DNA of 64,000 nucleotides, taken from contig OX597830.1 in NCBI GenBank assembly GCA_951406725.2, positions 17,794,001 through 17,858,000 on the forward strand, written 5' to 3'. The notes under the pieces were generated by a model, which was given only the letters and a program-made list of their open reading frames with translations, had not been told where the DNA came from and made no database searches. The position numbers and the translations under genes are program-made. This DNA comes from Octopus vulgaris. Its lineage: Eukaryota. Below are positions 1-12,316 of the stretch, piece after piece; positions within the stretch are counted from its first letter, which is position 1, and every line of letters starts with the position of its first letter.

Positions 1-3
1 CTC

Positions 4-4
<1 letters not shown>

Positions 5-74
<70 letters not shown>
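5..74. repeat. (GATA)n microsatellite; others at 833-938, 8127-8212, 8767-8861, 26224-26276, 30239-30347, 39346-39406
   Basis: Direct reading. Confidence 0.95.
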
Positions 75-75
<1 letters not shown>

Positions 76-831
76 GCACACATCCATATGTATCCCTGAA
101 CACTTTCTTTACAATTACCTACGCACATTTCTGTGTTTATCAAATCATTTATCCGGGTATTTCTGCTCTTAACATGCACAAACAAACTCAGCCAACTCAA
201 AATAACACACAGTTGAAATAACTCTGATTTGGCGTAATAGTGAAAGTAGGCAGCGAAGTATTTGTTGTTGCAGTTCTGGTTTTACTGCTGTCGTTGTTAT
301 TGTCGCTGGTAGTGGTGGTGGTGGTGGTGGTGGTGGTGTCTTAACTGTTCAACTTACATTAGTGTTGAGAAGACTCTTTGTTCTTAAGTCCGATTAATCG
401 AACAGAAACAAACGACACTCGCACGCCATGATGCAGCAACAGATTTTCTCTTTGAAGTCGTCAAGAAACCGTAATTGTCCCGTCTCTTCTCCATTTCTTT
501 GGATCATTTTGATTGCCGTCAATTCTAAGCAATGAACTTAATAATTGGCTCGATTTTCGTCTCTTCTTCTTCGAAACTAATGCGTTGCAGTTTCGGTTTC
601 CAGATAAAATAACACAAAGTCTTATTGTTGTTTATTGTCGTCATCGTCGTCGTCGTCGTTGTTGTTATTGTTGTAGTAATTTACGGAGATTTACGGATGT
701 CGTAAGTAACTATCCATTGATGTGACCAGCAGTAAATTGTCACCAAATGTTAGGCTACTTATGATAAAAATATTCACTAGTTTACAGATATTCTGAATGT
801 GTTTGTTAAGCGGTCTTATTCCTGTGCGTCA

Positions 832-930
<99 letters not shown>

Positions 931-948
931 AATCTATCGAAAATCTAT

Positions 949-1045
949 CCCCTTTTTTCTTTTCTTTTTTTTCCCCAAAAAAGAAAAGTTCTACTTTCTA
1001 ATTTGTCCCCTCTGTATTCAGCCCTGTGTGGCTAATAGAGAAGCA
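949..1045 (+). mobile_element. Short 3' end of a Tx1-like LINE inside (TATC)n
   Basis: Similar to the last ~100 bp of 7024-7650 (ccccaaaa-gaaaag-tctac...tgtccc-tctgt--cagccct-tgtggc-aata-agaa). (TATC)n on both sides. Confidence 0.75.
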
Positions 1046-1066
1046 TATCTATCTATCAATCAATCA

Positions 1067-1124
<58 letters not shown>

Positions 1125-1961
1125 ATGTCTGTCTGTCTGCCTGTCTGTCTGTTTGTCTATCAATCTGTCTGCCTGTCGGTCTCTGCCCCCTCCTCTATCT
1201 ATCTATCTATCTATCTATCATCTGTCCGTTCTCCTTCCTATCTATGAATATGTGAAATTATACGAGGCTCAAACTAAAGCACCTTCTAGTTATTATCTAA
1301 AGACGGTCCACAATGCTGTGGCTTGCCTCTACTAACAACTAACTTCACTTACAGCGTTGCATGCGACACCTTACAATAGCATCGTTGATTGAAAATTGGA
1401 AAGAAATCTTTACAGTAGATACACACAAAGACACAAACCGGACACATATCACACACATTGAAAAGCACTTCCAGATATACATGTATACTCCTCTCCATTT
1501 CTCTCTATTTCTCTCTCTCACACACAGGCACAGACACACACACATGCACTCACATACACATGCGTATATAGACAGAACCTTCTGTTTTAGCCAATTATAA
1601 TTATAAGAATTATTGCTGTTGTTATTGTTAGTGTTACTTTTTTTCTACTGTCCTTCGTGTAGCTGAATATGGGAACAACAATGGTGGAATTAGATCTGCG
1701 GCAGAAATTTATCAGAGTCTCATAAAAGTAATAAAGAGAAAAAATATAAATTAAGAGAGGACAGGCTGAAAATGGCTGCACGTTTTAACTAATTCGCAAA
1801 GAGCTCGTTATGGCCGCTCATTCATCGGACTAGTAAAGCTGATTAGGACCATACTAATCCCTATCTCTGATAGTCACATCAAAGACGCGGCAGCGTAGGC
1901 CAAACACTTATTTTAGTAACCTTATTGATTCCACACATCGATATATACGTTTATATATATT

Positions 1962-1992
<31 letters not shown>

Positions 1993-2249
1993 GTGTGTGT
2001 GTGTGTGTGTGTGTGTATACGTACACATAGATAGGTAGGTAGATAGATAGACGCATGCTTGCATACATACATATGTATGTATATACATGCGCATACATGC
2101 ACACACGGACATACAGACACATGCGCAAACGCATATACACACACGCACACACACACTTATGTGAGTGTGTATATATGTAAGCATATGCATGCATGCCTGT
2201 ATGTATGTAGGTATGTATGTATGTATGAATGTGCGAAATCTTCCCCACC

Positions 2250-2286
<37 letters not shown>

Positions 2287-3380
2287 TATACATAATATTA
2301 AAAGAACCTTTGAAATTTCCTTCGTCAACGACGTAGATCAAGTTACTTATCAAAGCAAACAATACGGCCATAACTGTAGTGTCTAATGAATTGGCAAGCT
2401 ATCAATTCTTCCAAAATGAGCAGTCTTGTTTATGGCACCATTTGACGGTCTTTGTTTACAAATGCCATCCAAGGTATTTGTGTAAGATTGGTCAGTTTCT
2501 TCTTCACCGCTTCGACCTCTACCACCACCACCACCACCACCATCACCATCACCACCAAGAACAACACCAGCAACGGCAAAGCCCACAACAACTAAATGCA
2601 ACAACAACAACAACAACAACAACGACGACGACGACGACAACAACTACAACAACAGCTGAAGCAGTAATGACAGCAGCGCCTACCATTATCGCGTTGAAAA
2701 TTTCGGTTGAAAATAACGACAGGAAAAAACAAACACAAGTAGCCATATTAGCAAAAGCTAAACAGTCGTTTTTATTCTTTATTTCTTATTCCCCATCTCT
2801 CCCTTCTCTCTCCCTCTCTTCTCTCTCTCTCTCTCCTCTCTCTCTCACTCTCCTTCTTACCCTCCCTTTCTCTTTTATGAATTACCTGTTAATAAAATAC
2901 TAAATTCGAGAGTATTCTAGCAAAGATCTTAACTCATTAAAAGTTCTCGACATTTATTGCATCTGATCTTCAACAGAAATAGAATCTAACGGCTTTTTTT
3001 TTTATTGTTCGTTCACAGTTTCAAAGAACGCGTACTTCTTGTTTTTAACGTTTCCCATGAGTGGTTTTTGTTTCTTTAGGGTTTTACTTTAATTCTTTTA
3101 AACTTTTTAGATGTTTTTTTTCTTTCTTTTTAACTATCTACGAACATTCCAGAAGATCAATCGGTACACTACAACGAACTTATATAAATTTCGGGGAACT
3201 TCAAGCTTCTTCAAATCAACTTCAAATTTAACTTTACCAAACATTTTTCGATTCTCTGTCACAGTATTGTAGAAGTATATATTTTTGTGTATTTGCATGC
3301 GTGTATATATACACGTATGTGGATCGTTGACGATGTTTTTCCACCATCATCCTTTTCTCTTGGACTTTCTTCTGTCTTCT

Positions 3381-3415
3381 GTTTCTGAAGAAGAGCTTTA
3401 CTCGAAACGTTAAAC
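3381..3415 (+). ncRNA. Minimal type I hammerhead ribozyme motif (Penelope-like element type)
   Basis: gttt-CTGAAGA-a-gag-cttta-ctc-GAAA-cg-TT-aaac: stem I gttt/aaac, stem II gag/ctc, palindromic ACGT stem III. Confidence 0.6.
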
Positions 3416-3665
3416 CACCTTTCTTTCCTTCCTTGAGCGTCTGCTAATACTTTGCATGTACCACGTTCTCACGTTGTTGTTTTTCTTCGGTCATATATAT
3501 ATCAAAATAAGCAACAAGGATATCCAATCCTTATTGCTTATTTTGATTTTAATCACCTTACTTTGAAATTGTATGGATAATACCGTACTAAATTCTGGTG
3601 CCTGAACTTAAGTACCATATTCATGTGAATCTAAATTTTTGCTGGACCCACCTACCATACCCAAA

Positions 3666-3721
<56 letters not shown>

Positions 3722-3764
3722 CCATCACCATGACCTATCAGATGTTGCTACCATAAGTTGTCAA

Positions 3765-3982
3765 TTGACACGTTATCACGCCAGGCGAAATAATTGGCGG
3801 TATTTCGTCTGTCGTTACGTTCTGAGTTCAAATTCCGCCGAGGTCGACTTTGCCTTTCATCCTTCCGGGGTCGATAAATAAAGTACCAGTTTCGCACTGA
3901 GGTCGATGTAATCGACTTAATCCCTTTGTCTGTCCTTGTTTGTCCCCTCTGTGTTTAGCCCCTTGTGGGCAATAAAGAAATA
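3765..3982 (+). mobile_element. SINE family B (tRNA-like head, MetaSINE-like central domain, Tx1-like tail)
   Basis: B-box-like gagttcaaattcc; central gcctttcatccttccggggtcgataaataaagtacc; tail ttgtcccctctgtgtttagccccttgtgggcaataaagaaa. Other full or partial copies near 4960-5130(-), 16090-16210, 30960-31340(-), 43375-43570, 53300-53515. Confidence 0.8.
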
Positions 3983-5282
3983 TATATTGGTGGATATCCC
4001 CCTAAATATGATGCATGTGGTGTTATTTGCCTGCATGAGGTGGAAATTGTCGCAGATACATCTGTTCAACGTCGCCTGGCTTTAAACTTTCCCGATACTA
4101 CCGACAGATAATCCGTATCTAAGTCCCGTCCGTTGAAAGAAATTCCAGTAAAAGGATGACTCAAAGCATTCTTACCGTTCCTCAGTTAGGAATGGCTATT
4201 CATTCCTTCTCTTTGCGAAATGTGTGTGTGTATTTGTATGTACGTATGTATGCATGTGTGTGTGTTTATGTATGTATGTGTGTATGAATGTAGAATTTTG
4301 TATGTGTGTGTGTGTGTGTGTGTGTATCCGTGTTCCGCCGTCGCTTGAGAACCGGTGATGGTTTGTTTACGCCCCGTAACCTAGCGGTTCGGTAAAATAG
4401 ACCGATAGAATAAGGTACCGAACTTAAAAAATAAACACTGGGATCGATTAGTTCGAGTAAACCCTTCAACGCGGTGCTCCAGCATGACAGCTAGTCCAAT
4501 GACTGAAACAAATAAAAGACATGTTTCTTGTGAAATAAATGAATTTAGTTGAGGAACGGAATTCATTTTTCGTTTTACTTTTTTATTCTTCTTTCACTTT
4601 TCCTATTTACTATCTCTAAAGACATATTTATTAACAGTCAAGATTTTTTTTGTTTTTTTTGCAATGGTAGAAGAAGGCACTCTTTAAATGCTGAAGCCGT
4701 TTTGTTTGTTTATAAATGGTAAAACAATTTTTTTACTTTTTTTCCTACGCAAATGGAAGTATTTTCCCTCCAAAAAGCGAAAACTGATACAAACGATAAA
4801 AATCACTACCTCTCTTTCTTTAGAAGTTATGCATTAAAAATGTTCTTCCTTGCGGCATTACGTGTTAAAAATTCAACTTCGCCTTTCTCAAAATACAGTA
4901 ACAACACCGGAAAAAAAAATAACAGCAAAAATAATGGTTTTTAATTTAGGTTCAAGTCTAGTAATTTTTAGAGAGTGTTGATCGATAATATCGAAACCAG
5001 TACTTGACTGATAATTTAATTTTATCGATTCCGAAAGGATAAAAAAACAAAGTTGGCCTCAACGGGATTTGAAATCGGAATATAAAGAACTGGAAGAAAT
5101 AACGCATAACGTTTTGCTTGAGGGTCTAACGATTTTGTAATTTTGAAAGAACCCGGCTGCTGCCCTTATAGTCTTTTATTATTATGATTATTGCTAGTGT
5201 CTCTGCTGGCGTAGAAAAGCTTATAAATACACTATACGCATGCGTGCAATTATCTATCTATCTGTCTATCTATATAGAGATC

Positions 5283-5899
5283 TTTTATCTTTCATTTGTT
5301 TCAGTCATTAGACTGCGGCCATGCTGCGGCACCGCCTTGAATATTTTAGGGATATTTTCGGTTTGAACGGTAGTTTTTAAACATAATTTCTAGGTAACTA
5401 AAAAATTTTAAACTTCGTATACTGGTAGAATGTGTTTATAAAACATCTTTTTCTCTTGGCTTTATTGAGAAAATTCTATAGTTTGTAAGATATTTATTGT
5501 TTTTTTCTTCAATTTCTGCAATTTCAACCAATCACTGACGTCCATTGAGGTAAACAACATTCTGTGCTGTATGAATATGTCCCCGTTTAAGAAACAGATT
5601 GGGTTTATATACATTTGTGAAGAAAAAGATACCCTTCCCCCACCCCTAACCCTAGAACAGATTGAAATGCAATAGATCGATACTAGGGTCATAATTATGG
5701 GTGACAATTTCATATGACACCGCTAGAAAAAAACTGCCGTTCAAACCGAAAAGATCCCATTTTAGCCGAATGAATCGACGGCTGTTCTTATTTTTTACTT
5801 ATTCTATCGGTCTCTTTGCCAAACCGCTAAGTTACGGGGACGCTAACACATCAGCGCCGGTTGTCAAGCGGTGATGGAGAGACAAACACAGCCACACAT

Positions 5900-5945
<46 letters not shown>

Positions 5946-5959
5946 ATGCACATACATAT

Positions 5960-6007
<48 letters not shown>

Positions 6008-6160
6008 GACGGGCTTCATTCAGTGTCCATCTACCAAGTCCACTCACAAGGACTTGGTCGGCCCGAAGCAATAGTAGAAGACACTTGCCCAATGTGCTGC
6101 GCAGTGGGACTGAACCGGGAATCATGTGGTTGGAATGCAAGCTTCTTACCATACAGTCTC
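5283..6160 (-). mobile_element. SINE family A copy interrupted by a MITE
   Basis: Same 5' and 3' halves as 53519-53941 in reverse, split at 5350-5757. Confidence 0.8.
5350..5757. mobile_element. MITE with ~28-bp TIRs and 8-bp TSD (Merlin-like), copy 1
   Basis: TIR GGAT(C/A)TTTTCGGTTTGAACGG...CCGTTCAAACCGAAAAGATCC; TSD tattttag/cattttag. Confidence 0.85.
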
Positions 6161-7023
6161 ACCTGACGAAAATAATTACTTTATAGCATTTATTCGGTGA
6201 TCAACAAAACAAACTTGGGAAAGAAAATATATTTCGCTCTTCATGGAATGAAGAAGGACTAAGAACCTTTTCCAGGAAGTAATTTTCTTGTTGTTTGCTA
6301 AAAAGATTCCGATAAGAACAAGCTCCAATATTACGAAGAACAACGTCAACAGCAATTTCAATTAAAAACAAAATTAATGGAGTAATAAATAAAAGAAAAT
6401 TAATAATAACAGTAACAATACCAATAAGATAGCACGATGTTATACTAGTAATTGTAATTCTGTGTTGTTGTTTTTTTTCCTTTTAATTGCTTTATAATAT
6501 CTATAGGATTTATTTAAATCTTTAAATCATTAAAAGTGCTGCTAGCGCTTAAATATATGGCTATGAGCAGTGAAATAGCCAACTTAAATATGACGACGGG
6601 GGAAAAGTAATAACGAGTAAAACATGGCTGCGGGTGGAAGATGACGAACAGATGGCCGCAGCGTGGGAGAGAAGTAGCGAAAATAACATGACGATGGGTG
6701 GTGGGGTGAGGAAAGTTGTAAACAAATCACAGCAAAAGACTTTAGAAATTAAATAATTCCACAAGAATAGCGATCTTTGTTCAACATTTTGTCGTTGTTT
6801 GTTTAATTCACTAAATAGAAAGATAAAAACATGTACTCATACAAATAAATACGTATTATACAGACAATTTGTAAACTTAATGCTGAGCAAAAATATTGGA
6901 AACATTGTATAAAAGCTTATAAATACACTATACGCATGCGTGCAATTATCTAGCTAGCTATGTATCAATCTATCTGTCTATCAGTCTACTTATCTATCAG
7001 TCTATCTATCTATCTATCTATAT

Positions 7024-7649
7024 ACAAACACTTTCCTCTCTGGTCAATCTCTCATCAACTTCTTCAAGTACCACTTGAAAAGGAAAGTGAGAGTAGAGAG
7101 GCAAGTTTTGTCTAGCGAATGTTTTAAAAAAAGATGGGTGAATGTAGCAAGGATGGCACGTATGAATGACGAAGCCACCTTGAGCACAATCCTATGAACC
7201 CAGAAATTGAAAACAGAGGGTTACCCACTTGCAAACAAATGTGGTAACATATAACAATATTGACCGAGGTTACCGTGGTCTTTTTCGTAGGCTTTTCTTC
7301 CCACGGATAAACCTTACTTGCTTTCCCCTTTACACCATACATCATAACACTGTGATATACGATCCCTATTGATCGTTTTTTCTCTTCCCCTTTTTTCCCC
7401 TTTTTTTCTACTTTTTTTCATTTCTCTTTTCTTTTGTCCCTTTTCCTTTTTTTCTTTTTTTTAAAATTTTTAAATTTATTTTATTTTATTTTTTGTTCTT
7501 TTTTTCCCTTTTACGATCCCTTTTGATTGAAAACCTACGCCACCTTTTTTTGTTTCTTTTGTTTTTTGTTTTTTTCATCCCCCAAAAGAAAAGCTCTACC
7601 TTGCAACTTGTCCCATCTGTGTGCAGCCCTATGTGGCCAATAAAGAAAC

Positions 7650-7650
<1 letters not shown>
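7024..7650 (+). mobile_element. 5'-truncated Tx1-like (L1 group) LINE: ORF2 C-terminus plus 3' UTR, inside (TATC)n
   Basis: 7024-7197 translates as TNTFLSGQSLINFFKYHLKRKVRVERQVLSSECFKKRWVNVARMARMNDEATLSTIL*, resembling Tx1-type ORF2 C-termini (R-x-E ... F-x-x-R-W). A T-rich UTR follows, ending gtggccaataaagaaact. TATC repeats on both flanks. Confidence 0.7.
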
Positions 7651-7707
<57 letters not shown>

Positions 7708-8124
7708 ATCTAAGAGTTCCAGTTGATTCGATAAATGAAACTGCCTGCTCGAGAAATTAACTTGTAAGTGGTCGAGCATTCACAAGGATATTCAGTTTGA
7801 CACAGGGTGTGACAAGGCTGCCCCTATGAATTACAAGTACTACTCATTTTTGCCAGCTGGGTGGATTAGAACAACGTGAGATAAAATGTCTTGCTCAAGA
7901 GACACAACGCGCAGGCGGAATCGAACTCACGACCTTACGATCATGTGCCGAATACCCCAAACCACCAAGCTACGTGCCTTCACACACACACACATAAGTA
8001 CACACGTACATACACATATATACACAAACGCACGCACGCACGCATGCACGCACATGTACACACACATACACACACAAATACACAAACACACACACACATA
8101 CACACACATATATATAGAGAGAGC

Positions 8125-8212
<88 letters not shown>

Positions 8213-8213
<1 letters not shown>

Positions 8214-8765
8214 GTTTCTTTATTGGCCACACAGGGCTGCACACAGATGGGACAAGTTACAAGGTAGAGCTCTTCTTTTGGGGGATGAAAAAAACAAAAA
8301 ACAAAAGAAACAAAAAAAAGGGGGTGGCGTAGGTTTTCGATCAAGAGGTATCGTAAAAGGGAAGAAAAGAACAAAAAAAATAAATAAAATAAAACATATA
8401 AAAATAAAAAAAAGAAAAGGAAGAGGAACAAAAGAAAAGAGAAATGAAAAAAGAAGAAAAAAGGGGAAAAAAGGGGAAGAAAAAACGATCAATAGGGATC
8501 GTGTATCAGTGTTATGATATATGGTGTAAAGGAAAGCAAGTAAGGTTATCCGTGGGAAGAAAAAGCCTACGAAAAAGACCACGGTAACCTTGGTCAATAT
8601 TGTTATATGTTACCACATTTGTTTGCAAGTGGGTAACCCCTCTGTTTTCAATTTCTGGGTTCATAGGATTATGCTCAAGGTGGCTTCGTCATTCATACGT
8701 GCCATCCTTGCTACATTCACCCATCTTTTTAAAACATTCGCTAGACAAAACTTGCCTCTCTACTC
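8213..8765 (-). mobile_element. Second 5'-truncated copy of the same Tx1-like LINE, inside (GATA)n
   Basis: Near-identical reverse complement of 7091-7650 with the same 3' junction. Perfect (GATA)n on both sides. Confidence 0.8.
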
Positions 8766-8861
<96 letters not shown>

Positions 8862-9308
8862 GCTTCTCGCTTTGTCCCCAGCGGTCTCAATTTCTCTCTA
8901 CTTAATCTCTTTATTACTTTCTTGCCCTCTCCCTTTTTCATTGTGAACAGACTGTGACTTCACTTTCGTTCATTCCATTTCACACCCTAGCTTCCATTCT
9001 ATCTCAGTCCAACCATGCAAACAGACATCTTAAATTCGGTATCGTATATCTTTTTCCTTCGTCTTGCCTCTCCTAATACATTTTGTTCTTTTCCTTTCGG
9101 TCAATCTATCGATTAGTTAAAGTAGAGCTTAGCTTGAACCTGAAAATATAAACTAAAATATATAATGATTGAATTTTAGTGTTAAAAACTATTTTATCTA
9201 TATAATAATTTAGGTTCATTAACGTAAGATTATTTGTGTGAAATCACGGTACAAATTTCTACTTCTTATATACTCACGCATATAAACACATGCAAATACA
9301 AGTACGCG

Positions 9309-9386
<78 letters not shown>

Positions 9387-10165
9387 CACAGATATAAATA
9401 TACATATGTATACATGCATGAATATACCTCCATGGTCAGACCCTATCGGATCTCACGTTGACCTAGGAAATGTGATTCTCTGTAGAATCCATAAGCGGCC
9501 AGTTGAGGTAGGATTTTCCAATGTGTGACTCTCTTTCTCTGGCAGTTTTGCTATCCCTCTCCTTTATCCGGCACTCTCTCTCTCTCCTTCCTCCTCTCCA
9601 TCTCTCTCTCTCTCTGTAAGTATGTGAGTATGTATGCGCATATTTATCTATCTATCTATTTATTTGTGTGTGTGTGTGTGTAGTTTCGCCAACGCTTTTC
9701 ACTTCGAAATGTAGCGAAGATCGCTGAATTTACACACCTCCGCTACATTTTGATTCCCGGCTGCAGCGTTTCTATTTTCGGTGGCTTACATGTTTGAGAA
9801 AACAATGAATATTTCCAAAATTCTATTTACTCTGTTGGTGTGAAAAATAAAGACATCGTTCCATGTCCACAAGTATTCATGGCGTACCCTGAATGTTGTG
9901 AGGAAGACACATATGATAGAAAAGGAAGTAAGGAAAGCTTTCTACAAACCAGGTCGAAAACTCAGTTTCACTAACCGTTTATATTTTCTTTTCAATTTCC
10001 TAAGTTACAGAATCTCATTTTCTAATCGAGTCTTCTTTAAGGAACATATTAGAGCTTACCCAATTGTAAATTTCTGTAAAAGAAAACCGAAATGTTGTTA
10101 TTGTTGTTGTTCTTCTGGTCAGGTCATCACTGAACAATAGTTTTTCCGACGCGACCATCTTGTCC

Positions 10166-10225
<60 letters not shown>

Positions 10226-10493
10226 AAACACACACGCACACACACACACACACACACGCACGCATACACACACATATATATACATACATACATACATAAA
10301 CACGTTTATGACTGGACTAAACAGAACAGAAGGATACACGTGGATGGAAGAGTCTCCAAAGAGGTCACAGATGTGTGGCGAAAGATTTCCAAACAATGGA
10401 CATAAGATAAAATAAGGACAATAACAAACGATTGAAGGACGAATATATTGTGCGTGTGTTTATTTCACAAGAAAAAAGAAACATCCCGAAATA

Positions 10494-10526
<33 letters not shown>

Positions 10527-11459
10527 ATGTATGTATGTATGTATGTATGTATGTATGTGTGTGTGTATATATAAACAGCCTTTTAGAGCCCCTCTGTCCA
10601 GGATTTTGTATAACAATTGTATAATCGCCTGCATATGTTTTCATTCCCTTCCGTTTGTGGTCTTCCACCAAGATCCACAGACAAATAGAAACAGACTTTG
10701 CAAAGTAGAGAGTATAGAACGGACTAAACAGAAGAGAGACCCCAGGTTGTCATATTACACCCACATATTATTAATCGCTTTAGGTAGGGGTGTCTTGTAT
10801 AGTCCTCAATTAGACTGATATATAACATATCTGGATCTATAAATCTGTAGATTGCATCTATCGAGCAATTACAATTTCGATTTCGGCCTTCTGAAAACCA
10901 ACAACTAGTGGCTGATTTATGAGATGCGGTGCAGGGAGAAGACATAATATATCTCTCCAAAAGCACAAAAGGCAATACAAAATGTAATGGTCAGGTTAAC
11001 GCGTCATAATTATTTTCTGTTGGATTTTCTAGGGAAGACTGTCCAAGAGAAAGAACTCCTGCAAAATGCTGCCACTAAGAATTAAGATTATGTTGCATTC
11101 CTCAAAGGATATCAGGGACTAGCAAACAACACTGCGTTGTACTGTAAACCCCATATTCAATAGGAACACGAACATCTCTGAACGTACATTATTTACATTT
11201 GCCGGATATTTGTCGTCATCTTGTTTATATCAGGGTATATCAGCCGAAACGTTGTGTTAACAACAAACAAGATGAGGACAAATATCCGTCAAATGTAAAT
11301 AATGTAAATAATGTACATAATTCCTCATCTGAACGTGTCGAAAATTGCTTCACAGTGTCTGAGGCTTTTTCAAACAAAATCCCCCGCAAGATCCATTCCT
11401 TGCGGTGTGGTGGCTTGTGTGTGTGTGTCAATGACCCCGCGTGCAGGGACAGGCCTTGC

Positions 11460-11740
11460 TAGACATGTCAAAGGACTAATGTAGAGCACATCTTATCAAA
11501 GATAAAAATGGCTTTGCGTAAGGCTTTAAAAAAACAGTGTTACAGAAGCATCAATGATAATTCAAAACCAAGATCTGAAAAACGAAGGCCACCCCTCCGG
11601 AAAACATAGGCGGGATACTGAGGTAAAGCTGAAAGAAAGCAAGGGTCCAACTAGAGAGAAGCAGAAAGGGTATTATAGTATCGATGAAAGTGGAGTAAAA
11701 TCGTCGACGACCTAAGCTCCTTAGAGAGCAAAAGATTTAA
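11460..11740 (+). mobile_element. Highly decayed RTE-like LINE 3' end
   Basis: Broken translation ending DR*KWSKIVDDLSS resembles the RTE C-terminal DRxxWRxxVxxLCS motif. Confidence 0.35.
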
Positions 11741-12316
11741 TAAATGAGTGAATCTTTAAAAAATTGGAAGGATACACGATATGATGTAGTCTTAGTAACC
11801 TCTGAAAAAAAAACCCAGGGTGGTCGCGGTAGATATACTTTTCGTAATAGATCAACTCTATCAGTGTTGCCCGGGGCTAAACAGCAACAACAGCAAACAT
11901 ACAAATATACAAATAATAACGACAGAATGATGACACTTGCTTTCATATGTCAGATGAAACACGAACCGTTTGTCAAGTTTATCATGAAAGTTATTGAATG
12001 AAATAATGTAAAATAATCAATACTTGGCAAGATTTATAAAACGTCAGAAACTTTCCAAAGACGTGCATGTTTTTGAATAAATATTTTTATTTACTATATT
12101 TATATTGATTTTATTAATAAAGTATTGGGGGTGGGTTTTATGAAAAAAATTTTATTGACAAATTAATATAAAGCTTTGCTCATGATCAAAATTTTTAAGC
12201 ATTTCAGTAATTTTTTTATACGTTTATCTTATTAAGTTTATTGTTAAAATAATATCGATTAATACATTTTTTCTTTTTTCTTTTCTCTTCTTTTTTTGTA
12301 TTTATTTCATGTTCAG

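Noticed and set aside
2379-2903. 174-aa ORF with poly-His and poly-Thr
   Set aside because: It is built from CAC, CAA and CT repeats, with no domain or splice support.
12296-12316. TTG start of the TKRP ORF
   Set aside because: It lies in the polypyrimidine tract and gives no signal peptide. The true start must be in an upstream exon.
1-12316. Candidate signal-peptide exons (ATGs near 428, 2416, 4008, 9015, 9521; hydrophobic ORF 6176-6361)
   Set aside because: The plus-strand candidates hit stops without a convincing signal peptide and donor, and 6176-6361 is on the wrong strand. The exon is probably upstream of the window, though I may have missed it.
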